A stretch of DNA of 64,000 nt from Thermoplasmata archaeon (lineage in GTDB: Archaea > Thermoplasmatota > Thermoplasmata > RBG-16-68-12 > JAFNFQ01), in assembly GCA_041489255.1 (NCBI GenBank), contig JBGPQV010000002.1, positions 64,001-128,000 on the forward strand, in the 5' to 3' direction. The notes beneath the pieces were generated by a model. That model was not told where the DNA came from. It made no database searches and worked only from the letters and a program-made list of their open reading frames with translations. A program made the translations under genes and the position numbers. This document shows, piece after piece, positions 52,870 to 60,526 of the stretch; position 1 is the stretch's first letter; every line of letters begins with the position of its first letter.

Positions 52870-52942
52870 TGCCCGGGGAGGGAGTTGAACCCCCAGGAAA
52901 CGGATCTGCAGTCCGTCACATTGGCCGCTCTGTCACCCGGGC
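52870..52942 (-). tRNA. tRNA-Cys(GCA), no intron, CCA not encoded, discriminator A73
   Basis: GCCCGGG/CCCGGGC acceptor stem, ACGGA-CTGCAGA-TCCGT anticodon arm, GGGGG-TTCAACT-CCCTC T arm; upstream AAAAAAGGTTAA promoter-like sequence (52971-52982). Confidence 0.93.
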
Positions 52943-53003
52943 AGCGCGCGAACGATTGGCGGTACGATAGTTAACCTTTTTTATCTCAGGACGACCTCGT
53001 CCG

Positions 53004-54119
53004 TCAGAACAGGCTCTCCTTTGCGAAAAACATGTCCAGCGCCTTGATCGCCCCCTTCTTGTTGCCGTCGGCACCGACACCTGCCAGAGCCTCCGGGCCG
53101 CTCCATGACTCGAAGCTCGCCAGCGCGTCCCTCATCTGCCTCCTTAGGAATTCGTTCTCCTTCCCCTTCAGAACGAGCGCGATGAACGCGTAGTTGCCCT
53201 TCTCGATGAGTATGCGCGTGTCCCCGTGGTCTATCGCCCTGAGAGAATCGCTCGAAGAAGCGGGGAAGGATGTCTTCACGTAGCTCTGGATCACCGCCAA
53301 CGTCTTCGACAGCTTCTCGAAGTCGAAGCTCTTCGCGGAGAACAGCGACTTCGAGCCGATCAGAGTCCCGTCCTCCCGCATAAGGTTCACCGCCATGACC
53401 TCGTAGCGTCGACCTTCATAGCTCTTCAGCGCCTTCAGCCATCGATCCCACGTTTCAGGGAATGTCAGCGGCATCATCGCGCTCACAGGCAATATGAGCG
53501 CTATCGAGAATATGGGGAACGGCGAGGCATGTTCATTCCCGACGACTATGTCGGCCGCGAAGGCCATGCCGACGTAGATCGCGAACGAGAGCGTCAGCCA
53601 TAATGTCTTTCGGGCGAGTGACTTGTCGTTCAGACCGATTCTCTTCGAGGCCGCGTAGGTGTGCACGCAGCCCGCCATGAAGTAGAAGAGGGCGTACGCA
53701 TCGTAGATCGCAAGAGACTCCGGCTGTGAGACGAACCCCCAGCCCCAGGGGGTCCTCACCACATCGCTCATGCCCGGAATCCACGTGACCACGAGAACGA
53801 TGACGCTCATCGGCAAGAGCACCAGCCACCTTCTGTTCGGACTGCGGCGGAACGAGATTGTGAAGCAGACAAGGAACAGAACTGCCAGATTCAACTCACT
53901 CAGTCCAAGTCTGGCGGCGAACAGAACCAGGACCGGATCATCCGAGTTGTAGCAGAGGAAGTCATCGAGAGCGAAAAGGCCCAGACAGACGATGGAGAGC
54001 TCGAAGAAAATCTCAGTCCAAGTGTTGACGCGGCGCTTGAGCAGCAGGAAGACAAGCATCGAGAACAGCAGTCCTGCCGTGATGATCGGCATTCCCCTGA
54101 GGATGCCCTCTATGTTCAT
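53004..54119 (-). CDS. 7TM (HisKA_7TM-like) sensor fused to a C-terminal longin/roadblock-like domain
   Basis: About 7 TM helices with TPWGW loop; C-terminal V.LMREDGTLI...LAVIQSYVKTSF...IDHGDTRILIEKG...ALVLKG; no kinase motifs. Confidence 0.6.
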   Translation of the reverse strand: MNIEGILRGMPIITAGLLFSMLVFLLLKRRVNTWTEIFFELSIVCLGLFALDDFLCYNSDDPVLVLFAARLGLSELNLAVLFLVCFTISFRRSPNRRWLVLLPMSVIVLVVTWIPGMSDVVRTPWGWGFVSQPESLAIYDAYALFYFMAGCVHTYAASKRIGLNDKSLARKTLWLTLSFAIYVGMAFAADIVVGNEHASPFPIFSIALILPVSAMMPLTFPETWDRWLKALKSYEGRRYEVMAVNLMREDGTLIGSKSLFSAKSFDFEKLSKTLAVIQSYVKTSFPASSSDSLRAIDHGDTRILIEKGNYAFIALVLKGKENEFLRRQMRDALASFESWSGPEALAGVGADGNKKGAIKALDMFFAKESLF

Positions 54120-54280
54120 CGAATTCCCGCCTTGGATTATCGGCTGCCGACGAGCACCGAACCATGTGCCCTGATTAGGAGATAGTCATTTCGCCGTGGT
54201 TATCATTCTGCGAGTGGAACGACTCAGGGGGAATACGGAGAAGGGGCAACGTATATGCCGCCGTCCTCGAATCCCCTGTC

Positions 54281-55576
54281 ATGGCCTCGATCAAGACGAT
54301 CAACGATACTGTTCACGGCACGATTCGCCTGGAGGGAATCGTCTTGGACCTCCTTGAGACGTTGGAGATTCAGAGGTTGAACAGCATCAGGCAGCTAGGC
54401 CTCACATACCTGGTGTTCCCCGGGGCGAACCACTCGAGGATCGAGCACGTCATAGGCGTCTCGCACGTGGCGGGGCAGATCGCCGACGCTATCGACCTTC
54501 CCGGGGCGGAGAAGGACCTGGTCATGGCGGCGGGGCTCCTGCACGACGTCGGCCACGGGCCTTTCTCCCACACGCTCGAGCACGTGCTCAGCCACGAGAG
54601 CAGCCTGGACCACATGAAGCTGACTCAGCGGATAATCAAAGGGGACGAGGACAACGTCGTTCCTCAGGAGAGAGAGGAATTCCCAGATGTGCCGAGGATC
54701 TCTGAAGTGCTGAAGGCGCACGGACTGAAGCCCGCCGAGGTCGCCTCCCTCGTCGAGGGTGAGCCGGTCATGCACGGGCTCAGGGGGCTCGGCGAGCCTG
54801 CGAGGTCGCATCGGAAGCGATACCTCGCGCAGATAATCCACAGTACGGTCGACGCGGACCAGGTGGACTACCTGATGAGGGACGCGCACTACACGGGAGT
54901 CGCGCACGGGGCTTTCGACTTCAGGCGGCTGCTGCAGACGATGATGCTCAAGGACGGCAGGATGGTCATAGACAAGAAAGGGCTCCCCGCGCTGGAGGGG
55001 ATGCTGGTCGCGAGGGCGCTGATGTACTCCTCGGTCTACTTCCATAAGACTGTCAGGATCGCGGAACAGATGATTGCACGGGCGGTCGAGCGATCGGAGA
55101 AGCCCGTCAGGGAAGTGCAGAAGATGGTGGATGCCGAGCTGATCAACTGGCTCGTCGACCAAGGCGGGCTGCAGAGGGAGTTCGCCCTCCGCATCAAGTA
55201 CAGGAAGCTGTTCAAGCGCGCGTGGCACAGGGGACGGGACGACCTGTCGAAGGAGCAGTGCGACACGCTCCTCGAGCTGGCGGAGAGGGGGAAGAGGCGC
55301 AAGGCGGAGGACGCAATATGCCGCAGGGCGGGAATAGAGGAGGGCAGGGTCCTGATCGACGTGCCCGCGCCGGAGCTGCTGCTGAGCGAGCCGAGGATCG
55401 CGGCGGTGGACATCGACGTCGTGGACGAAGACAGGCTCGTGCCCTTCAGGAAGTCGAGCCCGCTGAGCAGGGCGCTTCAGCTTAGAGAGGTTTCGGACTG
55501 GGTGGTGATGGTCGCCGCGGATCCGAAATGGCTGGGAGAGGTCAGGGCTGCGGTGGACCGAGTGCTGTTCGCATGA
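54281..55576 (+). CDS. HD-domain phosphohydrolase (COG1078, SAMHD1-like dNTPase family)
   Basis: QRL..IRQLG..YLVFPGANHSRIEH, LLHDVGHGPFSH, DADQVDYLMRD, VYFHKT. Confidence 0.9.
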   Translation: MASIKTINDTVHGTIRLEGIVLDLLETLEIQRLNSIRQLGLTYLVFPGANHSRIEHVIGVSHVAGQIADAIDLPGAEKDLVMAAGLLHDVGHGPFSHTLEHVLSHESSLDHMKLTQRIIKGDEDNVVPQEREEFPDVPRISEVLKAHGLKPAEVASLVEGEPVMHGLRGLGEPARSHRKRYLAQIIHSTVDADQVDYLMRDAHYTGVAHGAFDFRRLLQTMMLKDGRMVIDKKGLPALEGMLVARALMYSSVYFHKTVRIAEQMIARAVERSEKPVREVQKMVDAELINWLVDQGGLQREFALRIKYRKLFKRAWHRGRDDLSKEQCDTLLELAERGKRRKAEDAICRRAGIEEGRVLIDVPAPELLLSEPRIAAVDIDVVDEDRLVPFRKSSPLSRALQLREVSDWVVMVAADPKWLGEVRAAVDRVLFA

Positions 55577-55682
55577 AGGCGGCGGGGCTGATGCGACAGG
55601 TTTCTCCCTCACCTTTTATATATCAGACTAACGATACATCCGTAATCTGGGATGGGTATACCCAGCCGCGCAGGGTGAACGC

Positions 55683-56777
55683 ATGAAATCGATTATCGAA
55701 GACACGCTTTCTAGAGATGCTTCTGTCGTGCAGCCGGAGGACTCGAGGGTCGATCACGAGCTGGAGGACCTCCTCGCGAAGATGAGGACGAACATCAAGA
55801 TCATCGGGGTCGGCGGTGGCGGGAGCAACACCATCGCGCGAATCACCGAGGAGGGGATAGTCGGCGCGGAGCTCATAGCCGCGAACACCGACGCACAGCA
55901 CCTCTTCGCGATCAGGGTCCCGAGGAAGATACTCCTGGGCCGCAGGACGACTAAGGGCCTGGGTGCGGGCGCCCTTCCCCAGATAGGCGAGGAGGCTGCG
56001 AGAGAGGCGGAGGACGAACTCAAGGCGGCACTCCAGGGGGCCGACATGGTCTTCGTGACGTGCGGCCTCGGCGGGGGGACCGGCACGGGCAGCAGCGGCT
56101 ACATCTCGAAGATGGCGCGAGACCTGGGGGCGCTGACGATTGGCGTGGTAACGATGCCCTTCAAGGGAGAAGGCAGGCTCCGCATGGAGAGCGCTGAGTG
56201 GGGGCTGGAGCGCCTCAGGAACTCCGCGGACACCGTCATCACGATCCCGAACGACAGACTTCTCGATTTGGTGCCGCGCATGCCCCTCAATGCTGCATTC
56301 AGGTTCGCGGACGAGGTGCTGATGAGGTCGATCAAGGGCCTCACCGAGGTCATCACGAAGCCCGGCCTTGTCAACCTCGACTTCAACGACATCAAGACGA
56401 TCATGAAGGGAGCCGGAGTGGCGATGATAGGCCTGGGAGAGAGCGAGGCGATGGGGGAGGAGAGGGCGATAGAGGCGATCGACGAGGCGATCAACTCGCC
56501 CCTGCTCGATGTGGACATCAGCCAGGCAAACGGAGTCCTGGTGAACGTGATCGGCGGGAACGACATGACCGTGACGGAGGCCGAGCGCGTCGCCGAGGTG
56601 GTCCAGACGAAGGTCAGCCCGAACGCCAGGATAATCTGGGGCGCGACCGTCGATCCGACGCTGGAGCACAAGCTGCGCGTGATGCTGGTCGCCACGGGGG
56701 TCAAGAGCAAGCAGATCACGGGCCGCAGGGACATCCCGCCGACCTCGCAAAGGATGGGCATGGACGTCGTGAGATAG
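55683..56777 (+). CDS. ftsZ: Cell division protein FtsZ (copy 1)
   Basis: [38 protein letters not shown]. Confidence 0.96.
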   Translation: MKSIIEDTLSRDASVVQPEDSRVDHELEDLLAKMRTNIKIIGVGGGGSNTIARITEEGIVGAELIAANTDAQHLFAIRVPRKILLGRRTTKGLGAGALPQIGEEAAREAEDELKAALQGADMVFVTCGLGGGTGTGSSGYISKMARDLGALTIGVVTMPFKGEGRLRMESAEWGLERLRNSADTVITIPNDRLLDLVPRMPLNAAFRFADEVLMRSIKGLTEVITKPGLVNLDFNDIKTIMKGAGVAMIGLGESEAMGEERAIEAIDEAINSPLLDVDISQANGVLVNVIGGNDMTVTEAERVAEVVQTKVSPNARIIWGATVDPTLEHKLRVMLVATGVKSKQITGRRDIPPTSQRMGMDVVR

Positions 56778-56840
56778 GAGTCTGGCCGTTCTGGGGCAGC
56801 CTCATCAGGCCAGCGCAGCCACTCAGGGCAGCAACCATTC

Positions 56841-56855
56841 CGAAAAGCTTTATAG
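56841..56855 (+). promoter_or_regulatory. BRE/TATA promoter of the second ftsZ
   Basis: CGAAAAGCTTTATAG consensus between the two ftsZ genes. Confidence 0.65.
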
Positions 56856-56921
56856 AGACCCTTGGTTACGTCCACCTAAACCTGACCAGGGTTTGCCCGT
56901 GATTCAGATGGAGGCATCTCC

Positions 56922-58028
56922 ATGCAATCTATTATCAAAGAATCGTTAATCAGGGCCGAGGACAAACCGCATGCTCTCTCGGAGCCGCTCCAGATCGGAG
57001 GATTCGCGGCGGACGACGCCGAGCTGGAGAAGATACTCGCCAGTCTCAGGACGAACATCAAGATCGTCGGGGTCGGTGGCGGCGGGACGAACACAATCGA
57101 CCGCCTCGTGGAGGCGGGGATCGTCGGTGCCGAGCTGTATGCCTGCAACACGGACGCGCAGCACCTCCTCACGGTCCGCTCCCCCCATAAGATCCTCTTC
57201 GGGAGAAGGGTGACGCGGGGACTCGGGGCCGGCGCGCTGCCGCAGGTCGGCGAGGAGGCGGCGAGGGAATCTGACGAGGAGCTCAAGAAGGCGCTTCAGG
57301 GTGCTGACATGGTCTTTGTCACATGCGGGCTGGGCGGCGGGACGGGCACGGGCGGCGCTCCTGTCGTGGCGCAGATCGCGCACGAGCTGGGCGCCCTGAC
57401 CATAGCGATTTGCACGCTCCCGTTCAAGGCGGAGGGGATCATCCGCGCGGAGAACGCCGAGTACGGGCTGGAGAAGCTGCGCAACTTCGCGGACACAGTC
57501 ATCACCATACCAAACGACAAGCTGCTGGAGCTCGTGCCGAGGCTGGCGCTCAACGCTGCATTCAAGGTGGCGGACGAGGTCCTCATGAGGGCGATCAAAG
57601 GCATCACCGAGGTCATCACGAAGCCCGGCCTGGTCAACCTGGACTTCAACGACATAAGGACGATCATGAAGGGCGGGGGAGTCGCGATGATAGGCCTCGG
57701 CGAGGGCGAGGACGACAGGCGGGCCGAGGACGCGATAGAGGCCGCGATCAACTCCCCGCTGATCGACGTGGACATTAGCATCGCAAACGGCGCGCTGGTC
57801 AATGTGACCGGCGGCAACGACATGACTGTGACGGAGGCCGAGAAGTGCGCCGAGATAGTCCAGAGCAGAATCAGCCCCAACGCGAGGATCATCTGGGGAG
57901 CCGCGGTGGACCCTGCGCTGCAGCACAGGATGAGAGCGCTCGTCATCCTCACTGGTGTCAAGAGCAAGCAGATCTACGGCAGGGGCGAGAGGCCGCCTCA
58001 GGCCCCCGGGCTCGAGGTCGTGCGGTGA
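56922..58028 (+). CDS. ftsZ: Cell division protein FtsZ (copy 2)
   Basis: [30 protein letters not shown]; directly upstream of secE-spt5. Confidence 0.96.
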   Translation: MQSIIKESLIRAEDKPHALSEPLQIGGFAADDAELEKILASLRTNIKIVGVGGGGTNTIDRLVEAGIVGAELYACNTDAQHLLTVRSPHKILFGRRVTRGLGAGALPQVGEEAARESDEELKKALQGADMVFVTCGLGGGTGTGGAPVVAQIAHELGALTIAICTLPFKAEGIIRAENAEYGLEKLRNFADTVITIPNDKLLELVPRLALNAAFKVADEVLMRAIKGITEVITKPGLVNLDFNDIRTIMKGGGVAMIGLGEGEDDRRAEDAIEAAINSPLIDVDISIANGALVNVTGGNDMTVTEAEKCAEIVQSRISPNARIIWGAAVDPALQHRMRALVILTGVKSKQIYGRGERPPQAPGLEVVR

Positions 58029-58038
58029 GGAAATCGAG

Positions 58039-58278
58039 ATGAGCGGAATATTGGACAAGGGCTGGGAGACTCAGAGGCGCTTCGAGGAGAGGGCGAAGAG
58101 GGTCGGGAAGGGCAAGTACGGGCGCGTCCTGAAGATGGCGCGCAAGCCCACGACCGAGGAGTACGCCAAGGTCGTGACCGTGACTGGGCTCGGCCTGATA
58201 CTCATAGGAGCGCTCGGTTTCTTCATCTATCTCATGATGACCGCGTTCCCCAACTGGATCGGCGGCCTGTTCAAGTGA
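58039..58278 (+). CDS. secE: Protein translocase subunit SecE/Sec61-gamma
   Basis: YGRVLKMARKPTTEEY + TM GLILIGALGFFIY; conserved ftsZ-secE-spt5 context. Confidence 0.9.
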   Translation: MSGILDKGWETQRRFEERAKRVGKGKYGRVLKMARKPTTEEYAKVVTVTGLGLILIGALGFFIYLMMTAFPNWIGGLFK

Positions 58279-58293
58279 GAGGAGTTCGGATCC

Positions 58294-59385
58294 ATGGGAC
58301 TATTTGACGACTTCGCAAAGAAGCCACAAGTGCCGCCTCCCGCGGAGAAGCCGCCGGAGAGGCCGGCTGTCGTCGCCCGCGTGTCCATCGATATGAAGGA
58401 AGAGAAGATGGACATGACGGCGGGGGTGGGGAGGGAGTTCCCCGTCGTCGTCATGAACTCGGGCACCGAGGACGACACCGTCAGGATCAAAGTGGACATG
58501 ATCTACAGCTACGAGACTCCGGACCCGCCCGAGTGGACCGTGAAGCTCGGGGGCGTGGAGGAGAAGGTCCGGGAGATAGGCACCTACGTCAGGCACCACC
58601 AGGAGGTCAAGACCCGAAAGGAGTTCGTGGACAGGCAGGTCAAGGAGCTCACGGACAAGGGTCAGCCGGTGCCGGAGGACTTGGCGAAGGAGCGCGACTC
58701 CCTCGCGGAGAAGTTCAGGGAGGCCGAGGAGGGCCTGTCGAGGTCGTTCATCCTGGTCAGCGGCGGGAGGAGGGAGCTGACTCTCTCGGTGACCTGCCCC
58801 AAGGGCGCCAGGTACGGGGACAGCCTCAACGTCGTGGTCAACGCGATATCGAAGAGCGACCCCGCGGCGAGGGACCACAAGAGCAGCGTGTTCATGGCGC
58901 GGCAGAGCGTGCTGGCCGTGAAGACGTCGATAGGGCACGAGAGGGCGGTGGCGGACTCGCTGTATTCCAAGGCGAAGGCCAGGGATATAGGCGTGTTCAG
59001 CATACTCGCTCCTGCGAACCTGAGGGGCTACCTCTTCATCGAGAGCATGAACCCCGACAGGCTGGAAGAGGCGGTCAGGGGGATCAGGCGCGCGCACGGC
59101 GTCGTCGGGCGGGGGAAGGGCGAGACGAAGGGCGACGAAGGGATCATCGCCATCAAGGACATGGACATCTACCTCGCGCCGAAGCCTATCGTGAGCGGCA
59201 TCATGGAGGGGGATATCGTCGAGCTGATCTCCGGGCCGTTCAAGGGCGAGAAGGCGAGGGTGCTGAGGATAGACGAGGCGAAGGAGGAGATCACCGTCGA
59301 GCTGTTCGAGGCGATGGTGCCGATACCTGTGACCGTCAGGGGGGACGCGGTCAGGGTGCTGCAGAAGGAGCAGGAGCAGAAGTAG
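58294..59385 (+). CDS. spt5: Transcription elongation factor Spt5 (NusG) with about 200-aa N-terminal extension
   Basis: NGN domain (AVKTSIGHE...LRGYLFIE) and KOW (GDIVELISGPFKGEKARV) in the C-terminal ~160 aa. Confidence 0.92.
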   Translation: MGLFDDFAKKPQVPPPAEKPPERPAVVARVSIDMKEEKMDMTAGVGREFPVVVMNSGTEDDTVRIKVDMIYSYETPDPPEWTVKLGGVEEKVREIGTYVRHHQEVKTRKEFVDRQVKELTDKGQPVPEDLAKERDSLAEKFREAEEGLSRSFILVSGGRRELTLSVTCPKGARYGDSLNVVVNAISKSDPAARDHKSSVFMARQSVLAVKTSIGHERAVADSLYSKAKARDIGVFSILAPANLRGYLFIESMNPDRLEEAVRGIRRAHGVVGRGKGETKGDEGIIAIKDMDIYLAPKPIVSGIMEGDIVELISGPFKGEKARVLRIDEAKEEITVELFEAMVPIPVTVRGDAVRVLQKEQEQK

Positions 59386-59450
59386 GCTGTCAAGATCGCG
59401 ACCCCTGAGTGGGGAACTTTCATACACCTCCCCCAGAGAAGTTGATTTTC

Positions 59451-59807
59451 GCTTCATTTTTGTAGCAACTGATGACAGGTGACGAAGACGAGAAATCGAC
59501 AATCGTCGCGATGCCCAGGATCATCGTGTCCTACAATGTCGTGAGTAACAGGCGCGGCGAGAGCAGTCTGGTCTATCAGTACGTGTTTGGCCGGAAGGTC
59601 ACGAAGAAGGTCTCCGCCGGAAAGAGGGTTTATCGCTACCCCGGTCTGGTGGAAAGGCCCGACGTCGAAGCCCTCGGACAGTCGGTGCTGATGATGAAGG
59701 AGAAGGATGCCGAGGATTTCCACTCGTTCCTCTGGGGCCTGCGGGTCCCGCACACGATGACGAAGGTCTGGGTCGAGCCTTGAGTTGCTTCAAAATTGTA
59801 GCAACTC
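59451..59807. repeat. Pair of related 20-bp repeats flanking a small ORF; the downstream copy is a near-palindrome
   Basis: GCTTCATTTTTGTAGCAACT (59451-59470) vs GCTTCAAAATTGTAGCAACT (59787-59806), 17/20 identical; inverted repeat GAGTTGCT...AGCAACTC at 59782-59807. Confidence 0.8.
59472..59783 (+). CDS. Small Cas2/VapD-like (ferredoxin-fold) hypothetical protein
   Basis: IIVSYNV first strand and LGQSVL motif in about 90-100 aa; host-like codon usage. Confidence 0.5.
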   Translation: MTGDEDEKSTIVAMPRIIVSYNVVSNRRGESSLVYQYVFGRKVTKKVSAGKRVYRYPGLVERPDVEALGQSVLMMKEKDAEDFHSFLWGLRVPHTMTKVWVEP

Positions 59808-59921
59808 GAAATCGGCATGGCTGAGGTCGACGCATCAGGTTCCCCCGCTCGATGGCTTCCAGGCCCAAGTGCAAAGACTTATCAAGCCCAGCCACATCCG
59901 CATATCTCCAAGGTTGAGACA

Positions 59922-60407
59922 ATGCCAGAACGCCTAGAGGTTCTAGTCGACGCCGGCAAAGCGACTCCAGGCGCGCCGCTCGGCCCCGCGCTCGGCCCGC
60001 TCGGCCTGAACATCCTGCAGGTGTGCAAGGACATCAACGAGAAGACGAAGGACTTCGAGGGGATGAAGGTCCCCATCATCCTGCTCATCGACACGAAGAC
60101 CAAGGAGTACACCATCGAGGTAGGCACGCCACCCGTGTCCGCGCTGATACTCAAAGAGGCGGGCGCGGAGAAGGGCTCCGGCGAGGCGGGCAAGACCATG
60201 GTGGGCACCATCTCGATGAAGTCAGTGATCAGCGTCGCCGAGATGAAGAAGGACTCGCTCCAGGGCAAGGACCTCAAGAGACGCGTCATGGAGGTCATCG
60301 GGACGTGCGTCTCCATGGGCGTCAAGGTCGAGGGCAAGAACCCCAAGGAAATCAACAAGGAGATCAAGGACGGGAAGTGGGACGCCCAGCTGGAGAAGGC
60401 GCAGTAG
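59922..60407 (+). CDS. rpl11: 50S ribosomal protein L11
   Basis: GKATPGAPLGPALGPLG, INEKTKDF.GMKVP, GTCVSMGV. ATG at 59922. Confidence 0.96.
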   Translation: MPERLEVLVDAGKATPGAPLGPALGPLGLNILQVCKDINEKTKDFEGMKVPIILLIDTKTKEYTIEVGTPPVSALILKEAGAEKGSGEAGKTMVGTISMKSVISVAEMKKDSLQGKDLKRRVMEVIGTCVSMGVKVEGKNPKEINKEIKDGKWDAQLEKAQ

Positions 60408-60526
60408 GCAGAGCGAATTCGCCAACCCCGGCTAAATATTCTTAAATAGACAGAAGGCGCATTCGAGCACAATTCCCGCAGGGAGGGGAAATCACGAGAG
60501 TCGCTTCTGGCCTCAGAGCTCTGCTT

